Of a stretch of DNA of 64,000 bases, positions 36,554 through 48,259 are shown piece by piece (positions within the stretch are counted from its first letter, which is position 1; each line of letters starts with the position of its first letter). The translations under genes and the position numbers were made by a program. The notes beneath the pieces were generated by a model. The model was not told where the DNA came from, searched no databases, and saw only the letters and a list, made by a program, of their open reading frames with translations. The stretch comes from Felis catus (taxonomy: Eukaryota): NCBI RefSeq assembly GCF_018350175.1, contig NC_058373.1, positions 100,318,001 to 100,382,000 of the forward strand, written 5' to 3'.

Positions 36554-39500
36554 TATCCCAAGCAGGCTCCACGCTGTCAGCGCAGACCCCAATGTGAGGC
36601 TCAATCCTATGAACCATGAGATCATGACAGAGCTGAAACCAAAAGTCTAACCAACTGAGCCACCCAGGCACTCCACAAAGTCATTTTTAAGTGGCATACA
36701 AAGCTAATAAAAAATGTGATCAAAATGGCAGTTCATATAACCTATAAGAACATATTATTCTAATTCAGCTAAAATTGTTTACATCTGCACATGAAAATTT
36801 TATAAAATCCTAACAGCCCTTAGGTCAGTGTTTCTTCTGTAACAGCTAATTCCTAAGCTTTAAAACTAAACTTAGCATTTAAAATTTTTCCGAAGATCTG
36901 CTTTTCTCTTTTTTAAATGTGAAGCTCACTGAATGGATGTTACCATGACTTCACTCTACCTTTTACTCTGCAGAAATGTTCTTCCACTGCTTGTGAGAGA
37001 ACGTGCAGATATCTCAAGATCTATCTTTACTGTATCCTAGAAACTAGAATATTAATTTAAAATTTTTCCCTGAAAGTTTCTGGTAAGTCAACACCTGTGT
37101 TCTCTAAAGCATTAAATCCACAAAAAGGTAAGAATTCAAACTAAACTAGTAGGGAAAAAGATTCACCATACCAAAATTGTTGATGTTTTCCCTCCTTCCA
37201 AAGTGATCTCCAGGTCTGAAAGAGCAGCATCAACTTCGTCTACTTCTTTGTCACTGTTGTTCAAATGATTCTCTGATGTCATGATTGACAGCTTATTGAT
37301 GTGATACTGAAAACAGAAATGATATTTTATTTAAATGTCTGTTCTAACTAGTAAAACTTTAAAATGAGATCACTATTCGCATCTATATTGAAAGCTTTTC
37401 ATCACCTAACTTGAAAAGATATAGTGTCCAAGAACTAGAGTAGGAAAATAAATGGCAGTGCACCTACAATCAGTGTCCTAAACATCCCAATAAATATTTA
37501 TCCAGGATATACAAAAATGATTTAGTTTGGGAAGCCCTAGGACTTAGAGTTAACAGGTTGTCCACTAAGCTCCACATGAGCAGAGATTTTTTACTCTTTT
37601 CTCCCCACTGCAGTATTCCTTGTGTCTAGAACAGGTCCTAGAACCAATGAATACTGAATGAATTAACAGAATATGCATCAGGTGTTTTGTAAAAATATAT
37701 TAACATTGATTACCTTGTGTTACTATTATTACCCTGCAGAAGAAAATGAGTTGAAAGCTAAAGCCCTTCTTCCCCAGGCCCCCCAGCCTCAATTCACTGC
37801 TGAAAACATGATCAGAGGAAGATGATGTTTATATCTCAGTTACGTAACAACGATAAGATGGATTACATTTATATGTGAACACACACACATGCATATTTGT
37901 GTATATATACCAGAGTAGTGGTAAATACTCCTTATGCAGCTAGAAAAATCTTTGCATAAAGAAAAACTAGTAATGATTTTAAATATATTTAGGTCAGTCA
38001 CTTAGAACAAATATTAATAATCTATTAGATTCTGATGCTAAACCTTACAGAGGTTTCACACAAAGGTAAGTAGAACTTTTGAATCATTTAATCAGTTACC
38101 TCTCTTTTTTTTTTTTTTTTAAGTTTATTTATTTTGAGAGAGAGAGAACGTGCGTGTGTGAGCACGAGCAGGGGAGGAGCAGAGAGAGGAAGACAGAATC
38201 TCCAGCAGGCTGCACGATGTCAACGCAGAACCCGATGTGGGGCTTGAACCCATGAACTAGGGCTTGAACCATGAATCATGAGATCAAGACCTGAGCTGAA
38301 ATCAAGAGTTGACACTTAACCGACTGAGCCACTGAGGTGCCCCTAATCAGTTTCCTTTCAAAGCATTAAGTAGCACTCCAAATTTCTAAAGTATTCATTC
38401 ATTGAATAGGATCTATTCATGGGAACACTGAATGAACTAATCTGAGGCCAACTGTCAGTGTTCCTCTGTATTTTAAGATTAGTGAATTGATAATGAATAG
38501 TCTCTGGCTATACCTTCAGCTGTGCTGAAATGAGATCCCTCCAGTGATAGAAACTTCCATGTTCACAAATCATGGAGAATGTTGTAGGTTGAGGCCCTCA
38601 GGAAGTTGCCTCAAATGTCGGTAACATTAAGAATCATCAAGAGAGTTGGTTAAAAATACATATTCTTAGGTTCACCCCACAGAGATTTTAATTTAGCAAA
38701 TCTGGAGTCCAGCCCAGAATCTGCATTTTTATTAAGTGACTTAGGTGATTCTGATGCAGAAAGTCCTTTTAAGTTATACTGGAGAAACCCTGGCTATGAA
38801 TGGGAATGGTCATAAAACCCCAGCTTTGCTTTCAGAGGTGCATCGGTTATCTTTTAAATGTTACAATACAGACTCGGACCCAAATACTTTAAAAACAGTG
38901 TTATTAACCTTTCTGTTTTTGATCCACTCCTCCTTACTTTGTTTCCTTTTACTATTGTAGATTTACGTTACACAGGGAACCAGAAGCCCCAAGTTCAGAG
39001 TGCAGACTGTCTAAAATAAAAAGAATAGGCATTTCTTTCCCATTTTTTCAAAGTTTCCCCCTTCTGTACTTGATGGATTCTTAGAGCCTTTGGTTCAGTT
39101 TCTGGGAAGGCTTCTAAGAACTCAGGATTTGTAGTCCAAAATTCTCTTATAGAATCTAGATTCTAGGGGCACCTCGGTGGCTTAATCAGTTAAGTGTCCG
39201 ACTTTGACTCATGTCATAATCTCACGGTTTGTAGGTTCGAGCCCCAGGCTGGGCTCTGTGCTGACAGCTTGGAGCCTGCTTCAGATTCTGTGTCTCCCTC
39301 TTTCTCTCCCCCTCCCTCTCTCAAAAATAAACATAAAAAAATAATAATAAATCTAGATTCTAAAACGGTTCAGGAGAACGATGCTTTGGGACATTGTGTC
39401 CACAAATTAAAATTCAGGTCTTGAAGTGTTTTCTACTGCACTAAAATGGACTGTCTACTGTACACTGGGTGAGGGAAAGCTATGAAATGATCCTATTTCT

Positions 39501-42500
39501 GTGAAAATACAACTGTGTGTGTCTATCTGACCCTTGGACAACATGGAGGCTAGGGGCACTGACTCTCCCAAAACCTTACTAATAATAGTCTGCTCTTGAC
39601 CAGAACTTTATCAATAAGAAACAATTAACATATATTTTGTATGTTATCTATGTATATACTTATTCTTACAATAAAGTTAGAGAAAAAAATGTAAGGAAAA
39701 TACATTTACTGGAATGTATTTATCGAAGAAAATCTGCACATAAGTGGACCCAAGCAGTTCGAGCCTGTGTTGTTCAAGGGTCAACTATATTCTCACTCAG
39801 CAAATTTTTTTCAGCACCTACTATGCGCTCATAGGTACGTCTGTATCTGTTGGTTTTTTAAAAAGTGCATTATTTTTATAATAAAAAGATAAATACTATA
39901 TAATAAAAGTCTGTGATTTTCCCCATATACATTTTATATGCACTACTCTTCTGTCATTGGCAAAACCGTCACTAGAAAATTATAAGCCTATATTCTAAGT
40001 GAGAAAGATGTAGGTAGAAAACTATAAACCAAGTGAGATACTTTGAACAAAATTACTCCAGAATTTAATTCACGAAATTCTTCAGATAGTCTGAATTATC
40101 CAAAAACACAATAGAAGATTCTTAACTAGCTGATTAAACAAGTCTCTACCTAAACTAATTTATCTGCCATCAAAGATTTTCCTTGTTTAAGCTTTGTTTC
40201 GACTCCCTTCTTTTATCATATAAACTAAGGAGAAATGAGCTTTTCTTCCATTGTAAATAGGACAATTTTTTAAGTATTAACCAGAAAACCTTCCTGGATG
40301 CATAAAAGCATTTGGAAGACTGGGAGCATTTTTATTTGTGTTCTAAAGAGAAGAAAATAAAATCCTTTTTACAGTGAAAGCTTTTAATAAGTAAATGTCA
40401 ACTTTGCTTCCTGTACTTAAAGAACACTAATTTTGTCAGGACTTCTGGCAAAACCAGAATTCTACCATAATCTGAGAACATTCACCAAAGCCTCATTCAA
40501 CTATGTGAACTGTAAGAATGACTAATCTGTGGTCAGCTGGATCCCAGTGTCTCTAAGAAGGCAGATCTGTGGATGCCTCCCTAATGTTATTTTACTAAAG
40601 GGGGAAATTTTTGAAAATGCAAGCACTACTGTATTCTTAAAAAGTTGGTATGCAAGAACTACAGTTGAGAAAACACTGGTTTAATCTAAGGAAAACATTA
40701 CCTACTTAAAAAAAAATTTTTTTAAATGTGTGTGTTTTGAGAGAGAGAGGGAGCGCCGTGTGCCTGTGAGCAAGGGAAGTACAGAGAGAGAAGGAGAGAC
40801 AGAATCCCAAGGAGGCTCGCACCGTCAGCGCAGAGCCTGAAGTGGAGCTCCATCTCATGAACCGTGAGATCATGACCTGAGCTGAAATCAAGAGTCAGAC
40901 ACTTAACCGACTGAGCCACCCAGGTGCCCCTAACTACACCTTAAGGATTATCATTCTGAAAACTAATTTATGTTTTGTTTCAGTAGTCCATTAAAACTTA
41001 TCACCTTTAAAATGTATTATTTGGCACAAAAACAGACACATAGACCAATGGAATAGAATAGAAACCCCAGAACTAGACCCACAAACGTATGGCCAACTCA
41101 TTTTTGACAAAGCAGGAAAGACCATCCAATGGAAAAAAGACAGCCTCTTTAACAAATGGTGCTGGGAGAACTGGACAGCAACATGCAGAAGGTTGAAACT
41201 AGACCACTTTCTCACACCATTCACAAAAATAAACTCAAAATGGATAAAGGACCTGAATGTGAGACAGGAAACCATCAAAACCCTAGAGGAGAAAGCAGGA
41301 AAAGACCTCTCTGACCTCAGCCGTAGCAATCTCTTACTCGACACATCCCCAAAGGCAAGGGAATTAAAAGCAAAAGTGAATTACTGGGACCTTATGAAGA
41401 TAAAAAGCTTCTGCACAGCAAAGGAAACAACCAACAAAACTAAAAGGCAACCAACAGAATGGGAAAAGATATTCGCAAATGACATATCGGACAAAGGGCT
41501 AGTATCCAAAATCTATAAAGAGCTCACCAAACTCCACACCCGAAAAACAAATAACCCAGTGAAGAAATGGGGAGAAAACATGAATAGACACTTCTCTAAA
41601 GAAGACATCCGGATGGCCAACAGGCACATGAAAAGATGTTCAGCGTCGCTCCTCATCAGGGAAATACATATCAAAACCACACTCAGGTATCACCTCATGC
41701 CAGTCAGAGTCGCCAAAATGAACAAATCAGGAGACTATAGATGCTGGAGAGGATGTGGAGCAATGGGAACCCTCTTGCACTGTTGGTGGGAATGCAAATT
41801 GGTGCAGCCGCTCTGGAAAGCAGTGTGGAGGTTCCTCAGAAAATTAAAACTAGACCTACCCTATGACCCAGCAATAGCACTGCTAGGAATTTATCCAAGG
41901 GATACAGGAGTACTGATGCATAGGGCCACTTGTACCCCAATGTTCATAGCAGCACTCTCAACAATAGCCAAATTATGGAAAGAGCCTAAATGTCCATCAA
42001 CTGATGAATGGATAAAGAAATTGTGGTTTATATACACAATGGAATACTACGTGGCAATGAGAAAAAATGAAATATGGCCTTTTGTAGCAACGTGGATGGA
42101 ACTGGAAAGTGTGATGCTAAGTGAAATAAGCCATACAGAGAAAGACAGATACCATATGGTTTCACTCTTATGTGGATCCTGAGAAACTTAACAGGAACCC
42201 ATGGGGGAGGGGAAGGAAAAAAAAAAAAGAGGTTAGAGTGCGAGAGAGCCAAAGCATAAGAGACTCTTAAAAACTGAGAACAAACTGAGGGTTGATGGGG
42301 GGTGGGAGGGAGGACAGGGTGGGTGATGGGTATTGAGGAGGGCACCTTTTGGGATGAGCACTGGGTGTTGTATGGAAACCAATTTGTCAATAAATTTCAT
42401 ATAAAAAAATAAATAAAATGTATTATTTTTGCTATAGCCACTTAAAAAATATTATCAGCCCCAGCTACTTAGGAAATTATGCAAGTAATAAGCTTCATTT

Positions 42501-45500
42501 TAGAAATGGGATTTTCAATGTAGATCTTATTTCTAAAGCAAAATGGGGTAGTTTTAAACTAATATATATCTGGGGTGGGAGAATAGTTTTCTTCTATAGG
42601 ATACAAAAAAAAACAGCTGAAGTATATACCACTAAACTCTGAAAAGACAAAAAGTTAAATTCATGTATTTACTTTGCCTTCTAAGTGTATATTCATTTTC
42701 AACACAGCAAAAAGCAAACACTATCAAAATGCTACTGGAATTACAATGCAACTTTACTATTTAAAAAGAATCCTCTATCCTTTCCATTGAGAAGTCCCAT
42801 TTACCAATACTCTCCACTACCTGCAGGGCTGCAAACATCATCATTTCTTCTTCTGTGCATTCAATTTCTTCTAGGAGAATAGCCCATTTGGCCTGCTCAT
42901 AAAGCTGATTGATTCTGATTGCATCATACTGCAGCAAAAGAGACATAATCCTTTTGTAATACATCACCTTTAACATAAAATAACTTGAAAACTGAATATT
43001 CACGTTCAACGCTTGGAAAAAAAAGTTTTAATATACATTTTTTTCCTGGGATTTTTATTTAGTATCAAATACTCAATAATGAGAACGATACTTACAGGGT
43101 TAAGCATGTCTATATATACCCACATCTAATTTTCCATTAAAAATAACACTGAGATGTCCAAAACATTATTATCCAATATTAGAAATAGATTCTGTGTTAT
43201 TTTACAGGGAAACAATCATCAGATATTCCAGAGTTCTTAAGAAAATGAATCTGATTTGAAAGATATTTAAAGGGTAAAAGTGACTGCTTTTCAGTGTTGG
43301 TACTGCAACCTGCCACACTAAAATGTTATAATCAGAGAGTAAATTATTTTAGGGAACATCTTATTCACTAGGGAAAAGCAGGCTTAGACAAAGTGTCAGG
43401 TCCTTCCTTGTAAAGAGCAATTATTTTAAGAATCTGAAATAAGAGAGTACATATTTGTACTTGTGGAGAAGATTTATTTATATATTGCTGAATTATCCAT
43501 TTAGTTACATTAAGAAAAATTAATAGTAATGTCTTAACAATACATAGCATCCCCTTCCCCAGCAAATGTAACTATGTTCCTAAAACAACTTTGGTTTTAC
43601 TAAAATGAGACATGATATGACCTAAAAGGGACTAAAATTATTTTTATAGTTCCAATATATACATTTTACAGTTACAATAAAGAATTACTTAAGCACATAA
43701 TAAAAAATGAAAACTATATACATGAAAATCTAGACACTAATCTAGACATGAAAAGGATGAGAGGTAGTCAAGAGAGGTTCCCTTCCTCCCAAGGATGATA
43801 AATAAGGAAGCAAAAGATCCAAATCTCTGTGCCATATGTATTCTAGGGAAAAATACTTGAGATTTCATAGCAAATTTAACTCTTCTAGGAAAAGCAAAGT
43901 GATACAATCATTTGATACTAAAAACATATTACAAGGTTTGGCTATTAAATAGGAAGAAATGGAGGCTTAAAGAATTTTTAAGCAACATCTTTTGATTTAT
44001 AATTAGAAATCTGAAAGTCATTTAAAAGGTACTATTTCAGAAAAATCTTCTTTTACAAAAAGCACAGCTGAAGAGAAGTGTTAAAAAAACAAAACAAAAC
44101 AAAAACAACCCTAAAACTAACTTTACCAATTCTGTAGTACCAAGCTAGTGCTTTTAAAAATACAAATCAAACAAAAGTTCAATTATTTTAACAAAAAAGA
44201 AAAAGGTTTAATTATGCTTCCGACTTACTAACACAATAGAATTATTTCAAATATAGATGCCTTTGTCTAAAGCTTAGGCTTTTAATATTATTCAGACTTG
44301 CTATATATAAATGATTCCTAACCCCACTAACTGCAAAAACCAAACATCCAAATGAACAAAACAAAAAGAAAAAAAAGAAGATCCCTCTAAAACCCTCGGT
44401 ACCTTTGGATTCAAATCAAAAAAGCTGTAATACTTGAATCGGAGAAGCAAGGCCTCATTTTCCTTCACATCCTGTTCCATGAGAGATCTTGAGGAATCAA
44501 GCCACCTGGACAGATTAACGAGGGCATTAGAACAAAGCAAGACAAGATTAATAAAGTATCTCTACCTCTCACTGGAGAAAGAAATTCTTCAACATATCTG
44601 CATTTTAAAACTTACCCTTGGTTGATTTTTGCTTTGTCAAGAAGAGCCTGGGGCTTGAACATTTTTGCCAAGATTTCCGGTGATGTGACTGGCTGACTGA
44701 CAGCAAGTATACCAGGGTTGCCTTCTGACAAAGCACTGTCACCGAACCAAGCAGAAGTTGGTGACAAGGGGCTTCCATCATGAGCGTCATAAGTGGGGGT
44801 CATTGTTTTACTATAAAGTCCTGGGCTTGAATATATACTTCCTAATAAATAACATGAAAAACAGGTAGTAAGTATGAAGCACAGAATCTTAGTTTTCAGT
44901 AATACATACTACGATGATACAAAGCAAATTGTGAAACAAAAGCTTCATTCTGGAAGGAAAGCTTAGTGCATTATTTTACCTGTCTTGAAAACATGTAAAA
45001 TTAACTTTAACTCTACTTGTATAACATTAGAACATGTAATAACAAGGTCAAAAGAATATAATTAAGTTGGCAGAAAATCTGGGGGAAAAAATCAGTTCAA
45101 GAGAATTAGAAGGAAGACAAGTTAAGGATATAGCTGAAGCAGACAGACCAAGTTTTTGTTTTTAATTGTGGCAAGGCTCACCTTTCAGAGGGCCAATGTA
45201 AAGAACATCAGTGCCTATAGGAAAGGAAAGAAAGGAATTCAGAAGATAAAGGAAAGGCAACAATAGAAGACAGAAACAAAGAATGAAAAGGAAAAGGAAA
45301 TGGGAAAAAGAACACAACAGATTTTTTCCTAATATGAATCATAAACTAAAGTTAAGTATTTCAAATCAATTTAAGAGTAAAGAATCTTACAAACTGTAAC
45401 CTAACTGTAAAATAAATGTTTTTGTCCAATCAAAAGAATGAAATTGTGCTTAAGTGTCCAGGGACAAACATATCCACATTTATCACCCTTTGAAATCCAT

Positions 45501-48213
45501 ACCTTGTTCTAAGAACTCAATGTAATTGAATAAATGCACATAAATTAAGAGAACAATTTTGTGTTAATGTTTTCTTATTGAACAGCCAAACTGGTTCCAA
45601 CAGATTTATAAATAAAGTATTAAAGCAAAGGGGTAGATGAAATTTTGCTAACAAAGATACATTTTATAATTAAGCCCCTGAAGGCAGGGATATTGTATCT
45701 TCTAATTCCTCAGTGTTCAGTAGGCCAGACACAAAGTAGCGGCTACATAAATAAAAACTTGAATTAAATCAACTGACAATATATCCTCTATCATCTAAAT
45801 TATAAAAATTAAGGAGATAAAATTAAGACTTAAAAAACAAAAAGTTCACAATGGCATTAAGTAAAAGCACCTCCCCTTGAAGTCCTAACTCTGTTCATTA
45901 TATTTTGTCTTCGTAATTAAAAAATGTGTAAATAAGTATCACACTGTTAATGGATGATGGAAAGAGAATGGCTGTTTCCCTTACCTAATTTAGGAATATG
46001 TTTAGGAATTTCCTTTCCACTCTAACAATCCCTCCCTACCACCTCACCCCAATACAATGATAGAAAAAATTACCTATGAAAAATTGGTGACCATGCTAGA
46101 GATTTTTGTAGTTGTCATGACCTAGTCTAGGAAAAGAACACAAAGGAAAAAAAAAAAAATCTTGCTAGCCACAGGGTATCTGATTTGATGTCCCCAGTAG
46201 GTATTCTTCAATGTTAGTGACTAAAGCAACTTGCGGAATCTAAATGTTGTTAAATAAGCAACAAAGAAAGCTGTCAACTCTCCTTTTTAGCTTTAAAGAA
46301 CACTGGAATAGTGAGTGATATCCTTAAAAGCTAGAACTTTAAAACTACAACGGCATTTTGTGAAGGGGTTACTACTTGGGCACCCATACTTTTATTAAAA
46401 GGGCTGAAAACGGGTGCCTGGGTGGCTCAGTCAGTTGAGCGTCCGACTTCGGCTCAGGTCATGATCTCACGGTTCATGATCTCAAGCCTCACATCGGGCT
46501 CTGTGCTGACAGCTCAGAGCCTAGAGCCTACTTCAGATTCTGTGTCCCCCTTTCTCTCTGCCCTCCCCTGCTTGCACTCTCCCTCTATCAAAAATAAATA
46601 AACATTAAGAAACATTAAAAAAAAAGGCGGGGGGGGGGGGGTTGAAAACATTACTCCAGCTCAGCTTGGCAAAGAATAATCCTGCTAGAGCATATATGTA
46701 TAAGGGATAGGAAAACATTATCTTCTAGGCAAAATCTTCTCATTGTGTATTTCAAAGATCTAGCAAAATAAACCCTTTACTAGGAATGTCAGAATATTGA
46801 AAATTCATTCCTAGTATGATGGACTGTAATTACGATTCAGAATTAAAGTTAGAATTGACAATTTTCTTCATGAAGTTTCTAAAACGAAATATATTCCCCT
46901 AAGTCGCACAACATTTAATGGAATCAGCCACCCAATCGATTCTCTTCCCGCTCAATTTCCTATACTTTGTATATTCTACACTTCATATTTGATCACTTCG
47001 TTGTTCCTATTCTTATTCTGTTAGGCACTCCACAGTCATAACTCATTTAGTGTTTCCAACAATCCTATTATTCTCATTTTAGAGGAGCAAATGGAGTCAC
47101 AGAGAGATTAGGTAACTTGTCCAATGTCAAAAGCTATTAAGTTTCAGAGCCAAGCTCTAAATCAGCCAGTCTGATTGAAGCTATACACAATGCCTCCTGG
47201 GCACCATAACTTATTTAAGCCATTTCCAATTGGTGTGCATTTATTTGTTTAGAATTTTGACTTCACCACTGCTACTGCAAACAAATGCCTTGCAACAGTT
47301 GTGTTTGTACCTATTTCCTAATTCTATCAACACTGCTGGGACAGAGGATATATGTGCATTTTACACTCCTTCTAAGTCTCAGTTCAGTGACAATCCCAAC
47401 TACCCTGTAATTCCTGATTGCCCGATTTAAACATATTTGAAAAAAATAAATAAACAAAACTTACTTGAAGCAGAAAGCTATTACAGGGCAAGATGAAGCA
47501 ACATATTTAGTCAGCAATAAAATGGGAGTTTGCTGAATTTTGTGGTATGATAACAAAAACAGTAAGGAGGAGACAGAGTTCAACAAGCACTACATTTTAG
47601 GGCCACTTACTATAAACATTAAAAACTCTATGTAACTTTAGAATTTGTCTCATAACTTGGTTACTATAAATTATATTCTTATACATTCTTTTTTAAAAGA
47701 GAGTACTAAAGAATTTAATACATTTTAGACAATTTCTCATCAAAATATCAATCTCATACCATACTTAGAAAACAAATTTCAGGTAAATTAAAGTGCAACC
47801 GCTCTGGAAAGCAGTGTGGAGGTTCCTCAGAAAATTAAAAATAGACCTACCCTATGACCCAGCAATAGCACTGCTAGGAATTTACCCAAGGGATACAGGA
47901 GTGCTGATGCATAGGGCTACTTGTACCCCAATGTTTATAGCAGCACTCTCAACAATAGCCAAATTATGGAAAGAGCCTAAATGTCCATCAACTGATGAAT
48001 GGATAAAGAAATTGTGGTTTATATACACAATGGAATAGTACATGGCAATGAGAAAGAATGAAATATGGCCTTTTGTAGCAACGTGGATGGAACTGGAGAG
48101 TGTTATGCTAAGTGAAATAAGTCAGGCAGAGAAAGACAGATACCATATGTTTTCACTCATATGTGGATCCTGAGAAACTTAACAGAAACCCATGGAGGAG
48201 GGGAAGGAAAAAG

Positions 48214-48259
<46 letters not shown>

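Noticed and set aside
41193..42182. 329-aa ORF as a host gene
   Set aside because: It is the C-terminus of L1 ORF2 in a 5'-truncated insertion with a TSD and no promoter.
44506..44615. In-frame extension of exon 6 into the 110-nt intron 5 ([10 protein letters not shown])
   Set aside because: No convincing alternative acceptor found. Full retention hits a TAA immediately after the exon 5 donor, and 110 nt is not a multiple of 3.
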